Assembly (NCBI GenBank): GCA_964016885.1 | Contig: CAXHJY010001747.1 | Span: 1 to 64,000, forward strand | Direction of reading: 5' to 3' | Source: Eledone cirrhosa | Taxonomy: Eukaryota | Length of the DNA: 64,000 nt | In this document: positions 40,401 through 53,364 of the stretch, one piece after another | How positions within the stretch are numbered: position 1 is the first letter of the stretch | Layout of the letters: every line of letters begins with the position of its first letter | Made by a program: the position numbers and the translations under genes | The notes under the pieces: generated by a model | What the model was told of the DNA's origin: nothing | What the model saw: the letters and a program-made list of their open reading frames with translations, nothing else | The model's database searches: none

Positions 40401-43400
40401 GTGGTATTGTTGGTGTTGGTGGTACTGTTGGTGTTGGTGGTATTGTTGGTGTTGGTGGTATTGTTGGTGTTGGTGGTATTGTTGGTGTTGGTGGTACTGT
40501 TGGTGTTGGTGGTATTGTTGGTGTTGGTGGTACTGTTGGTGTTGGTGGTATTGTTGGTGTTGGTGTTGGTGGTATTGTTGGTGTTGGTGGTACTGTTGCT
40601 GTTGGTGGTATTGTTGGTGTTGGTGGTATTGTTGGTGTTGGTGGTATTGTTGGTGTTGGTGGTATTGTTGGTGTTGGTGGTACTGTTGGCGTTGGTGGTA
40701 TTGTTGGTGTTGGTGGTATTGTTGGTGTTGGTGGTATTGTTGGTGTTGGTGGTATTGTTGGCGTTGGTGGTATTGTTGGTGTTGGTGGTACTGTTGGTGT
40801 TGGTGGTATTGTTGGTTTTGGTGGTATTGTTGGTGTTGGTGGTATTGTTGGTGTTGGTGGTATTGTTGGTGTTGGTGGTACTGTTGGTGTTGGTGGTATT
40901 GTTGGTGTTGGTGGTATTGTTGGTGTTGGTGGTATTGTTGGTGTTGGTGGTATTGTTGGTGTTGGTGGTACTGTTGGTGTTGGTGGTATTGTTGGTGTTG
41001 GTGGTATTGTTGGTGTTGGTGGTATTGTTGGTGTTGGTGGTACTGTTGGTGTTGGTGGTACTGCTGGTGTTGGTGGTATTGTTGGTGTTGGTGGTACTGT
41101 TGGTGTTGGTGGTATTGTTTGTGTTGGTGGTATTGTTGGTGTTGGTGGTACTGTTGGTGTTGGTGGTATTGTTGGTGTTGGTGGTATTGTTGGTGTTGGT
41201 GGTATTGTTGGTGTTGGTGGTATTGTTGGTGTTGGTGGTATTGTTGGTGTTGGTGGTACTGTTGGTGTTGGTGGTATTGTTGGTGTTGGTGGTATTGTTG
41301 GTGTTGGTGGTATTGTTGGTGTTGGTGGTACTGTTGGTGTTGGTGGTATTGTTGGTGTTGGTGGTATTGTTGGTGTTGGTGGTATTGTTGGTGTTGGTGG
41401 TACTGTTGGTGTTGGTGGTATTGTTGGTGTTGGTGCTACTGTTGGTGTTGGTGGTATTGTTGGTGTTGGTGTTGGTGGTATTGTTGGTGTTGGTGGTACT
41501 GTTGGTGTTGGTGGTATTGTTGGTGTTGGTGGTATTGTTGGTGTTGGTGGTATTGTTGTTGTTGGTGGTATTCTTGGTGTTGGTGTTGGTGGTTCTGTTG
41601 GTGTTGGTGGTATTGTTGGTGTTGGTGGTATTGTTGGTGTTGGTGGTATTGTTGTTGTTGGTGGTATTCTTGGTGTTGGTGTTGGTGGTTCTGTTGGTGT
41701 TGGTGGTATTGTTGGTGTTGGTGGTACTGTTGGTGTTGGTGGTATTGTTGGTGTTGGTGGTATTGTTGGTGTTGGTGGTACTGTTGGTGTTGGTGGTATT
41801 GTTGGTGTTGGTGGTATTGTTGGTGTTGGTGGTATTGTTGTTGTTGGTGGTATTCTTGGTGTTGGTGTTGGTGGTTCTGTTGGTGTTGGTGGTATTGTTG
41901 GTGTTGGTGGTATTGTTGGTGTTGGTGGTATTGTTGGTGTTGGTGGTATTGTTGGTGTTGGTGGTATTGTTGGTGTTGGTGGTACTGTTGGTGTTGGTGG
42001 TATTGTTGGTGTTGGTGGTATTGTTGTTGTTGGTGGTATTCTTGGTGTTGGTGTTGGTGGTTCTGTTGGTGTTGGTGGTATTGTTGGTGTTGGTGGTACT
42101 GTTGGTGTTGGTGGTATTGTTGGTGTTGGTGGTATTGTTGGTGTTGGTGGTACTGTTGGTGTTGGTGGTATTGTTGGTGTTGGTGGTATTGTTGGTGTTG
42201 GTGGTATTGTTGTTGTTGGTGGTATTCTTGGTGTTGGTGTTGGTGGTTCTGTTGGTGTTGGTGGTATTGTTGGTGTTGGTGGTACTGTTGGTGTTGGTGG
42301 TATTGTTGGTGTTGGTGGTATTGTTGGTGTTGGTGGTACTGTTGGTGTTGGTGGTATTGTTGGTGTTGGTGGTATTGTTGGTGTTGGTGGTATTGTTGGT
42401 GTTGGTGGTACTGTTGGTGTTGGTGGTATTGTTGGTGTTGGTGGTATTGTTGGTGTTGGTGGTACTGTTGGTGTTGGTGGTATTGTTGGTGTTGGTGGTA
42501 TTGTTGTTGTTGGTGGTATTCTTGGTGTTGGTGTTGGTGGTTCTGTTGGTGTTGGTGGTATTGTTGGTGTTGGTGGTATTGTTGGTGTTGGTGGTATTGT
42601 TGGTGTTGGTGGTATTGTTGGTGTTGGTGTTGGTGGTTCTGTTGGTGTTGGTGGTATTGTTGGTGTTGGTGGTACTGTTGGTGTTGGTGGTATTGTTGGT
42701 GTTGGTGGTATTGTTGGTGTTGGTGGTATTGTTGGTGTTGGCGGTATTCTTGGTGTTGGTGTTGGTGGTATTGTTGGTGTTGGTGGTATTGTTGGTGTTG
42801 GTGGTATTGTTGGTGTTGGTGTTGGTGGTATTGTTGGTTTTGGTGGTATTGTTGGTGTTGGTGGTATTGTTGGTGTTGGTGGTATTGTTGGTGTTGGTGT
42901 TGGTGGTTCTGTTGGTGTTGGTGGTATTGTTGGTGTTGGTGGTACTGTTGGTGTTGGTGGTATTGTTGGTGTTGGTGGTATTGTTGGTGTTGGTGGTATT
43001 GTTGGTGTTGGCGGTATTCTTGGTGTTGGTGTTGGTGGTTCTGTTGGTGTTGGTGGTATTGTTGGTGTTGGTGGTATTGTTGGTGTTGGTGGTATTGTTG
43101 GTGTTGGTGTTGGTGGTATTGTTGGTTTTGGTGGTATTGTTGGTGTTGGTGGTATTGTTGGTGTTGGTGGTATTGTTGGTGTTGGTGGTATTGTTGGTGT
43201 TGGTGGTACTGTTGGTGTTGGTGGTATTGTTGGTGTTGGTGGTATTCTTGGTGTTGGTGTTGGTGGTTCTGTTGGTGTTGGTGGTATTGTTGGTGTTGGT
43301 GGTATTGTTGGTGTTGGTGGTATTCTTGGTGTTGGTGTTGGTGGTATTGTTGGTTTTGGTGGTATTGTTGGTGTTGGTGGTATTGTTGGTGTTGGTGGTA

Positions 43401-44331
43401 TTCTTGGTGTTGGTGTTGGTGGTTCTGTTGGTGTTGGTGGTATTGTTGGTGTTGGTGGTATTGTTGGTGTTGGTGGTACTGTTGGTGTTGGTGGTATTGT
43501 TGGTGTTGGCGGTATTGTTGGTGTTGGTGGTATTGTTGGTGTTGGTGGTATTGTTGGTGTTGGTGGTATTGTTGGTGTTGGTGGTATTGTTGGTGTTGGT
43601 GGTATTGTTGGTGTTGGTGGTATTGTTGGTGTTGGTGGTATTGTTGGTGTTGGTGGTATTGTTGGTGTTGGCGGTATTGTTGGTGTTGGTGTTGGTGGTA
43701 TTGTTGGTTTTGGTGGTATTGTTGGTGTTGGTGGTATTGTTGGTGTTGGTGGTATTGTTGGTGTTGGTGGTATTGTTGGTGTTGGTGGTATTGTTGGTGT
43801 TGGTGGTATTGTTGGTGTTGGTGGTACTGTTGGTGTTGGTGGTATTGTTGGTGTTGGTGGTATTCTTGGTGTTGGTGTGGGTGGTTCTGTTGGTGTTGGT
43901 GGTATTGTTGGTGTTGGTGGTATTGTTGGTGTTGGTGGTACTGTTGGTGTTGGTGGTATTGTTGGTGTTGGCGGTATTGTTGGTGTTGGTGTTGGTGGTA
44001 TTGTTGGTTTTGGTGGTATTGTTGGTGTTGGTGGTATTGTTGGTGTTGGTGGTACTGTTGGTGTTGGTGGTATTGTCGGTGTTGGTGGTATTGTTGGTGT
44101 TGGTGGTACTGTTGGTGTTGGTGGTACTGTTGGTGTTGGTGGTACTGTTGGTGTTGGTGGTATTGTTGGTGTTGGTGGTACTGTTGGTGTTGGTGGTATT
44201 GTTGGTGTTGGTGGTACTGTTGGTGTTGGTGGTATTGTTGGTGTTGGTGTTGGTGGTATTGTTGGTGTTGGTGGTACTATTGGTGTTGGTGGTACTGTTG
44301 GTGTTGGTGGTATTGTTGGTGTTGGTGGCAT
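34486..44331 (-). other. Open frame translating as a Pro/Thr-rich (PPTPT[I/V])n mucin/extensin-like repeat; coding status unsupported
   Basis: ORF track 3281 aa. Its ATG is just a repeat variant (GGCATT on +), and the C-terminal tail is a frameshifted QQYHQH reading. There is no signal peptide, globular domain or other non-repeat coding context. Confidence 0.12.
34880..39700. repeat. Higher-order block C' (diverged relative of C), copy 1
   Basis: Begins with the ATTGTGG deletion (34921). Markers: GCTGTGGG (~35037), GTTAGTGG (35516), GGAACT (35773), GGTGCTGTT (36566), GTTTGTGG (~38820). Confidence 0.85.
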
Positions 44332-47150
44332 TGTTGGTGTTGTTGGTATTGTTGGTGTTGGTGGTATTGTTGGTGTTGGTGGTACTGTTGGTGTTGGTGG
44401 TATTGTTGGTGTTGGTGGTATTGTTGGTGTTGGTGGTATTGTTGGTGTTGGTGGTACTGTTGGTGTTGGTGGTATTGTTGGTGTTGGTGGTACTGTTGGT
44501 GTTGGTGGTATTGTTGGTGTTGGTGTTGGTGGTATTGTTGGTGTTGGTGGTACTGTTGCTGTTGGTGGTATTGTTGGTGTTGGTGGTATTGTTGGTGTTG
44601 GTGGTATTGTTGGTGTTGGTGGTATTGTTGGTGTTGGTGGTACTGTTGGTGTTGGTGGTATTGTTGGTTTTGGTGGTATTGTTGGTGTTGGTGGTATTGT
44701 TGGTTTTGGTGGTATTGTTGGCGTTGGTGGTATTGTTGGTGTTGGTGGTACTGTTGGTGTTGGTGGTATTGTTGGTTTTGGTGGTATTGTTGGTGTTGGT
44801 GGTATTGTTGGTGTTGGTGGTATTGTTGGTGTTGGTGGTACTGTTGGTGTTGGTGGTATTGTTGGTGTTGGTGGTATTGTTGGTGTTGGTGGTATTGTTG
44901 GTGTTGGTGGTACTGTTGGTGTTGGTGGTATTGTTGGTTTTGGTGGTATTGTTGGTGTTGGTGGTATTGTTGGTGTTGGTGGTACTGTTGGTGTTGGTGG
45001 TATTGTTGGTGTTGGTGCTACTGTTGGTGTTGGTGGTATTGTTGGTGTTGGTGTTGGTGGTATTGTTGGTGTTGGTGGTACTGTTGGTGTTGGTGGTATT
45101 GTTGGTGTTGGTGGTATTGTTGGTGTTGGTGGTACTGTTGGTGTTGGTGGTATTGTTGGTGTTGGTGGTATTGTTGTTGTTGGTGGTATTCTTGGTGTTG
45201 GTGTTGGTGGTTCTGTTGGTGTTGGTGGTATTGTTGGTGTTGGTGGTATTGTTGGTGTTGGTGGTATTGTTGGTGTTGGTGGTATTGTTGGTGTTGGTGG
45301 TATTGTTGGTGTTGGTGGTACTGTTGGTGTTGGTGGTATTGTTGGTGTTGGTGGTATTGTTGTTGTTGGTGGTATTCTTGGTGTTGGTGTTGGTGGTTCT
45401 GTTGGTGTTGGTGGTATTGTTGGTGTTGGTGGTACTGTTGGTGTTGGTGGTATTGTTGGTGTTGGTGGTATTGTTGGTGTTGGTGGTACTGTTGGTGTTG
45501 GTGGTATTGTTGGTGTTGGTGGTATTGTTGGTGTTGGTGGTATTGTTGTTGTTGGTGGTATTCTTGGTGTTGGTGTTGGTGGTTCTGTTGGTGTTGGTGG
45601 TATTGTTGGTGTTGGTGGTACTGTTGGTGTTGGTGGTATTGTTGGTGTTGGTGGTATTGTTGGTGTTGGTGGTACTGTTGGTGTTGGTGGTATTGTTGGT
45701 GTTGGTGGTATTGTTGGTGTTGGTGGTATTGTTGGTGTTGGTGGTACTGTTGGTGTTGGTGGTATTGTTGGTGTTGGTGGTATTGTTGGTGTTGGTGGTA
45801 CTGTTGGTGTTGGTGGTATTGTTGGTGTTGGTGGTATTGTTGTTGTTGGTGGTATTCTTGGTGTTGGTGTTGGTGGTTCTGTTGGTGTTGGTGGTATTGT
45901 TGGTGTTGGTGGTATTGTTGGTGTTGGTGGTATTGTTGGTGTTGGTGGTATTGTTGGTGTTGGTGTTGGTGGTTCTGTTGGTGTTGGTGGTATTGTTGGT
46001 GTTGGTGGTACTGTTGGTGTTGGTGGTATTGTTGGTGTTGGTGGTATTGTTGGTGTTGGTGGTATTGTTGGTGTTGGCGGTATTCTTGGTGTTGGTGTTG
46101 GTGGTATTGTTGGTGTTGGTGGTATTGTTGGTGTTGGTGGTATTGTTGGTGTTGGTGTTGGTGGTATTGTTGGTTTTGGTGGTATTGTTGGTGTTGGTGG
46201 TATTGTTGGTGTTGGTGGTATTGTTGGTGTTGGTGGTATTGTTGGTGTTGGTGGTACTGTTGGTGTTGGTGGTATTGTTGGTGTTGGTGGTATTCTTGGT
46301 GTTGGTGTTGGTGGTTCTGTTGGTGTTGGTGGTATTGTTGGTGTTGGTGGTATTGTTGGTGTTGGTGGTATTCTTGGTGTTGGTGTTGGTGGTATTGTTG
46401 GTTTTGGTGGTATTGTTGGTGTTGGTGGTATTGTTGGTGTTGGTGGTATTCTTGGTGTTGGTGTTGGTGGTTCTGTTGGTGTTGGTGGTATTGTTGGTGT
46501 TGGTGGTATTGTTGGTGTTGGTGGTACTGTTGGTGTTGGTGGTATTGTTGGTGTTGGCGGTATTGTTGGTGTTGGTGGTATTGTTGGTGTTGGTGGTATT
46601 GTTGGTGTTGGTGGTATTGTTGGTGTTGGTGGTATTGTTGGTGTTGGTGGTATTGTTGGTGTTGGTGGTATTGTTGGTGTTGGTGGTATTGTTGGTGTTG
46701 GTGGTATTGTTGGTGTTGGCGGTATTGTTGGTGTTGGTGTTGGTGGTATTGTTGGTTTTGGTGGTATTGTTGGTGTTGGTGGTATTGTTGGTGTTGGTGG
46801 TATTGTTGGTGTTGGTGGTATTGTTGGTGTTGGTGGTATTGTTGGTGTTGGTGGTATTGTTGGTGTTGGTGGTACTGTTGGTGTTGGTGGTATTGTTGGT
46901 GTTGGTGGTATTCTTGGTGTTGGTGTGGGTGGTTCTGTTGGTGTTGGTGGTATTGTTGGTGTTGGTGGTATTGTTGGTGTTGGTGGTACTGTTGGTGTTG
47001 GTGGTATTGTTGGTGTTGGCGGTATTGTTGGTGTTGGTGTTGGTGGTATTGTTGGTTTTGGTGGTATTGTTGGTGTTGGTGGTATTGTTGGTGTTGGTGG
47101 TACTGTTGGTGTTGGTGGTATTGTCGGTGTTGGTGGTATTGTTGGTGTTG
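40350..47150. repeat. Degenerate 3-4 kb tandem duplication of block-A-type sequence
   Basis: Marker pairs with shrinking offsets: GGCATT 40369/44329 (3960), GCTACT 41436/45018 (3582), GGCGGTATTCTT 42742/46078 (3336), GTGGGTGGTTCT 43879/46927 and GTC 44077/47125 (3048). Confidence 0.82.
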
Positions 47151-48069
47151 GTGGTATTGTTGGTGTTGGTGGTATTGTTGGTGTTGGTGTTGGTGGTACT
47201 GTTGGTGTTGGTAGTATTGTTGGTTTTGGTGGTATTGTTGGTGTTGGTGGTATTGTTGGTGTTGGTGGTACTGTTAGTGTTGGTGGTATTGTTGGTGTTG
47301 GTGGTATTGTTGGTGTTGGTGGTATTGTTGGTGTTGGTGGTATTGTTGGTGTTGGTGGTATTGTTGGTGTTGGTAGTATTGTTGGTGTTGGTGGTACTGT
47401 TGGTGTTGGTGGTACTGTTGGTGTTGGTGGTATTGTTGGTGTTGGTGGTATTGTTGGTGTTGGTGGTACTGTTGGTGTTGGTGGTACTGTTGGTGTTGGT
47501 GGTACTGTTGGTGTTGGTGGTACTGTTGGTGTTGGTGGTATTGTTGGTGTTGGTAGTATTGTTGGTGTTGGTGGTACTGTTGGTGTTGGTGGTACTGTTG
47601 GTGTTGGTGGTATTGTTGGTGTTGGTGGTATCGTTGGTGTTGGTGGTAATGTTGGTGTTGGTGGTATTGTTGGTGGTATTGTTGGTGTTGGTGGTACTGT
47701 TGGTGTTGGTGGTATTGTTGGTGTTGGTGGTACTGTTGGTGTTGGTGGTATTGTTGGTGTTGGTGGTATCGTTGGTGTTGGTGGTATTGTTGGTGTTGGT
47801 GTTGGTGGTATTGTTGGTGTTGGTGGTATTGTTGGTGTTGGTGGTATTGTTGGTGTTGGTGGTACTGTTGGTGTTGGTGGTATTGTTGGTGTTGGTGGTA
47901 CTGTTGGTGTTGGTGGTATTGTTGGTGTTGGTGGTATTGTTGGTGTTGGTGGTACTGTTGGTGTTGGTGGTATTGTTGGTGTTGGTGGTATCGTTGGTGT
48001 TGGTGGTACTGTTGGTGTTGGTGGTACTGTTGGTGTTGGTGGTATTGTTGGTGTTGGTGGTACTGTTGG

Positions 48070-51000
48070 TGTGGTGGTATTGTTGGTGTTGGTGGTACTG
48101 TTGGTGTTGGTGGTATTGTTGGTGTTGGTGGTATTGTTGGTGTTGGTGGTACTGTTGGTGTTGGTGGTATTGTTGGTGTTGGTGGTATCGTTGGTGTTGG
48201 TGGTACTGTTGGTGTTGGTGGTTCTGTTGGTGTTGGTGGTATTGTTGGTGTTGGTGGTACTGTTGGTGTTGGTGGTATTGTCGGTGTTGGTGGTACTGTT
48301 GGTGTTGGTGTATTGTGGTATTGGTGGTACTGTTGGTGTTGGTGGTATTGTTGGTGTTGGTAGTATTGTTGGTGTTGGTGGTATTGTTGGTGTTGGTGGT
48401 ACTGTTGGTGTTGGTGGTATTGTTGGTATTGGTGGTACTGTTGGTGTTGGTGGTATTGTTGGTGTTGGTGGTATTGTTGGTGTTGGTGGTATTGTTGGTG
48501 TTGGTGGTACTGTTGGTGTTGGTGGTATTGTTGGTATTGGTGGTACTGTTGGTGTTGGTGGTACTGTTGGTGTTGGTGGTATTGTTGGTGTTGGTGGTAC
48601 TGTTGGTGTTGGTGGTATTGTTGGTATTGGTGGTACTGTTGGTGTTGGTGGTATTGTTGGTGTTGGTGGTATTGTTGGTGTTGGTGGTATTGTTGGTGTT
48701 GGTGGTACTGTTGGTGTTGGTGGTATTGTTGGTATTGGTGGTACTGTTGGTGTTGGTGGTATTGTTGGTGTTGGTGGTACTGTTGGTGTTGGTGGTATTG
48801 TTGGTGTTGGTGGTATTGTGGTGTTGGTGGTATGTTGGTGTGGGTATTGTTGGTGTTGGTAGTATTGTTGGTGTTGGTGGTACTGTTGGTGTTGGTGGTA
48901 TTGTTGGTGTTGGTGGTATGTTGGTGTTGGTGGTACTGTTGGTGTTGGTGGTATTGTTGGTGTTGGTGGTATTGTTGGTGTTGGTGGTACTGTTGGTGTT
49001 GGTGGTATTGTTGGTGTTGGTGGTATTGTTGGTGTTGGTGGTACTGTTGGTGTTGGTGGTATTGTTGGTGTTGGTGGTATGTTGGTGTTGGTGGTACTGT
49101 TGGTGTTGGTGGTACTGTTGGTGTTGGTGGTATTGTTGGTGTTGGTGGTATTGTTGGTGTTGGTGGTATTGTTGGTATTGGTGGTACTGTTGGTGTTGGT
49201 GGTATTGTTGGTGTTGGTGGTATTGTTGGTGTTGGTGGTATTGTTGGTATTGGTGGTACTGTTGGTGTTGGTGGTATTGTTGGTGTTGGTGGTATCGTTG
49301 GTGTTGGTGTATTGTTGGTGTTGGTGGTACTGTTGGTGTTGGTGGTATTGTTGGTGTTGGTGGTATTGTTGGTGTTGGTGGTATTGTTGGTGTTGGTAGT
49401 ATTGTTGGTGTTGGTGGTATTGTTGGTGTTGGTGGTATTGTTGTTGTTGGTGGTATTGTTGGTGTTGGTGGTATAGTTGGTGTTGGTGGTATTGTTGGTG
49501 TTGGTGGTATGTTGGTGTTGGTGGTATTGTTGGTGTTGGTGGTACTGTTGGTGTTGGTGGTACTGTTGGTGTTGGTGTATCGTTGGTGTTGGTGGTATTG
49601 TTGGTATTGGTGGAACTGTTGGTGTTGGTGGTATTGTTGGTGTTGGTGGTATTGTTGGTGTTGGTGGTACTGTTGGTGTGGGTGGTATTGTGGTGTTGGT
49701 GGTATTGTTGGTGTTGGTGGTATTGTTGGTGTTGGTGGTATTGTTGGTGTTGGTGGTATTGTTGGTGTTGGTGGTACTGTTGGTGTTGGTGGTACTGTTG
49801 GTGTTGGTGGTATTGTTGGTGTTGGTGGTACTGTTGGTGTTGGTGGTACTGTTGGTGTTGGTGGTATTGTTGGTGTTGGTGGTACTGTTGGTGTGGTGGT
49901 ATTGTTGGTGTTGGTGGTATTGTTGGTGTTGGTGGTATTGTTGGTGTTGGTGGTACTGTTGGTGTTGGTGGTATTGTTGGTGTTGGTGGTATTGTTGGTG
50001 TTGGTGGTACTGTTGGTGTTGGTGGTATTGTTGGTGTTGGTGGTATTGTTGGTTTTGGTGGTATTGTTGGTGTTGGTGGTATTGTTGGTGTTGGTGGTAC
50101 TGTTGGTGTTGGTGGTACTGTTGGTGTTGGTGGTATTGTTGGTGTTGGTGGTATTGTTGGTGTTGGTGGTATTGTTGGTGTTGGTGGTACTGTTGGTGTT
50201 GGTGGTATTGTGGTGTTGGTGTATTGTTGGTGTTGGTGGTATTGTTGGTGTTGGTGGTACTGTTTGGTGTTGGTGGTATTGTTGGTGTTGGTGGTATTGT
50301 TGGTGTTGGTGGTACTGTTGGTGTTGGTGGTATTGTTGGTGTTGGTGGTATTGTTGGTTTTGGTGGTATTGTTGGTGTTGGTGGTATTGTTGGTGTTGGT
50401 GGTATTGTTGGTGTTGGTGGTACTGTTGGTGTTGGTGGTATTGTTGGTGTTGGTGGTATTGTTGGTGTTGGTGGTACTGTTGGTGTTGGTGGTATGTTGG
50501 TGTTGGTGTATTGTTGGTGTTGGTGGTATTGTTGGTGTTGGTGGTATTGTTGGTGTTGGTGGTACTGTTTGGTGTTGGTGGTATTGTTGGTGTTGGTGGT
50601 ATTGTTGGTGTTGGTGGTATTGTTGGTGTTGGTGGTATTGTTGGTGTTGGTGGTATTGTTGGTGTTGGTGGTATTGTTGGTGTTGGTGGTACTGTTGGTG
50701 TTGGTGGTATTATTGGTGTTGGTGGTACTGTTGGTGTTGGTGGTACTGTTGGTGTTGGTGGTATTGTTGGTGTTGGTGGTATTGTTGGTGTTGGTGGTAT
50801 TGTTGGTGTTGGTGGTACTGTTGGTGTTGGTGGTATAGTTGGTGTTGGTGGTATTGTTGGTGTTGGTGGTACTGTTGGTGTTGGTGGTATTGTTGGTGTT
50901 GGTGGTATTGTTGGTGTTGGTGGTATTGTTGGTTTGGTGGTATTGTTGGTGTTGGTGGTACTGTTGGTGTTGGTGGTACTGTTGGTGTTGGTGGTATTGT

Positions 51001-52400
51001 TGGTGTTGGTGGTACTGTTGGTGTTGGTGGTACTGTTGGTGTTGGTGGTACTGTTGGTGTTGGTGGTATTGTTGGTGTTGGTAGTATTGTTGGTTTTGGT
51101 GGTATTGTTGGTGTTGGTGGTACTGTTGGTGTTGGTGGTACTGTTGGTGTTGGTGGTATTGTTGGTGTTGGTGGTATTGTTGGTGTTGGTGGTACTGTTG
51201 GTGTTGGTGGTATTGTTGATGTTGGTGGTATTGTTGGTGTTTGTGGTATTGTTGGTGTTGGTGGTACTGTTGGTGTTGGTGGTATTGTTGGTGTTGGTGG
51301 TATTGTTGATGTTGGTGGTATTGTTGGTGTTGGTGGTACTGTTGGTGTTGGTGGTATTGTTGGTGTTGGTGGTACTGTTGGTGTTGGTGGTATTGTTGGT
51401 GTTGGTGGTATTGTTGGTGTTGGTGGTAATTGTTGGTGTTTGTGGTATTGTTGGTGTTGGTGGTACTGTTGGTGTTGGTGGTATTGTTGGTGTGGTGGTA
51501 CTATTGGTGTTGGTGGTACTGTTGGTGTTGGTGGTATTGTTGGTGTTGGTGGTATTGTTGGTGTTGTTGGTATTGTTGGTGTTGGTGGTATTGTTGGTGT
51601 TGGTGGTACTGTTGGTGTTGGTGGTACTGTTGGTGTTGGTGGTATTGTTGGTGTTGGTGGTATTGTTGGTGTTGGTGGTATTGTTGGTGTTGGTGGTACT
51701 GTTGGTGTTGGTGGTATTGTTGGTGTTGGTGGTATTGTTGGTGTTGGTGGTATTGTTGGTGTTGGTGGTACTGTTGGTGTTGGTGGTATTGTTGGTGTTG
51801 GTGGTACTGTTGGTGTTGGTGGTATTGTTGGTGTTGGTGGTATTGTTGGTGTTGGTGGTACTATTGGTGTTGGTGGTATTGTTGGTGTGTGGTGTACTGT
51901 TGGGTGTTGGTGGTACTGTTGGTGTTGGTGGTATTGTTGGTGTTGGTGGTATTGTTGGTGTTGGTGGTACTGTTGGTGTTGGTGGTATTGTTGGTGTTGG
52001 TGGTATTGTTGGTGTTGGTGGTACTGTTGGTGTTGGTGGTATTGTTGGTGTTGGTGGTACTGTTGGTGTTGGTGGTATTGTTGGTGTTGGTGGTATTGTT
52101 GGTGTTGGTGGTATTGTTGGTGTTGTTGGTATTGTTGGTGTTGGTGGTATTGTTGGTGTTGGTGGTACTGTTGGTGTTGGTGGTATTGTTGGTGTGGGTG
52201 GTACTGTTGGTGTTGGTGGTATTGTGGTGTTGGTGTTGGTGGTACTGTTGGTGTTGGTGGTATTGTTGGTGTTGGTGGTACTGTTGGTGTTGGTGGTATT
52301 GTTGGTGTTGGTGGTATTGTTGGTGTTGGTGGTATTGTTGGTGTTTGTGGTATTGTTGGTGTTGGTGGTACTGTTGGTGTTGGTGTATTGTTGGTGTTGG
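48070..52400. other. Indel-dense segment of the array (probably low-quality consensus, possibly locally decayed repeat)
   Basis: About 20 or more single-base indels, e.g. ~48072, 48310, 48819-48843, 48919, 49080, 49310, 49510, 49690, 49893, 50210, 50263, 50495, 50568, 50933, 51428, 51889-51903 and 52385. In contrast, 34922-48070 has none. Confidence 0.75.
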
Positions 52401-53364
52401 TGGTACTATTGGTGTTGGTGGTACTGTTGGTGTTGGTGGTATTGTTGGTGTTGGTGGTATTGTTGGTGTTGTTGGTATTGTTGGTGTTGGTGGTATTGTT
52501 GGTGTTGGTGGTATTGTTGGCGTTGTTGGTATTGTTGGTGTTGGTGGTATTGTTGGTGTTGGTGGTACTGTTGGTGTTGGTGGTATTGTTGGTGTTGGTG
52601 GTATTGTTGGTGTTGGTGGTATTGTTGGTGTTGGTGGTACTGTTGGTGTTGGTGGTACTGTTGGTGTTGGTGGTATTGTTGGTGTTGGTGGTATTGTTGG
52701 TGTTGGTGGTATTGTTGGTGTTGGTGGTATTGTCGGTGTTGGTTGTATTGTTGGTGTTGGTGGTATTGTTGGTGTTGGTGGTATTGTTGGTGTTGGTGGT
52801 ATTGTTGGTGTTGGTGGTACTGTTGGTGTTGGTGGTATTGTTGGTATTGGTGGTACTGTTGGTGTTGGTGGTACTGTTGGTGTTGGTGGTACTGTTGGTG
52901 TTGGTGGTATTGTTGGTGTTGGTGGTATTGTTGGTGTTGGTGGTACTGTTGGTGTTGGTGGTATTGTTGGTGTTGGTGGTACTGTTGGTGTTGGTGGTAC
53001 TGTTGGTGTTGGTGGTATTGTTGGTGTTGGTGGTATTGTTGGTGTTGGTGGTACTGTTGGTGTTGGTGGTATTGTTGGTGTTGGTGGTATTGTTGGTGTT
53101 GGTGGTATTGTTGGTGTTGGTGGTATTGTTGGTGTTGGTGGTACTGTTGGTGTTGGTGGTATTGTTGGTGTTGGTGGTATTGTTGGTGTTGGTGGTACTA
53201 TTGGTGTTGGTGGTACTGTTGGTGTTGGTGGTATTGTTGGTGTTGGTGGTATTGTTGGTGTTGGTGGTATTGTTGGTGTTGGTGGTATTGTTGGTGTTGT
53301 TGGTATTGTTGGTGTTGGTGGTATTGTTGGTGTTGGTGGTACTGTTGGTGTTGGTGGTATTGTT

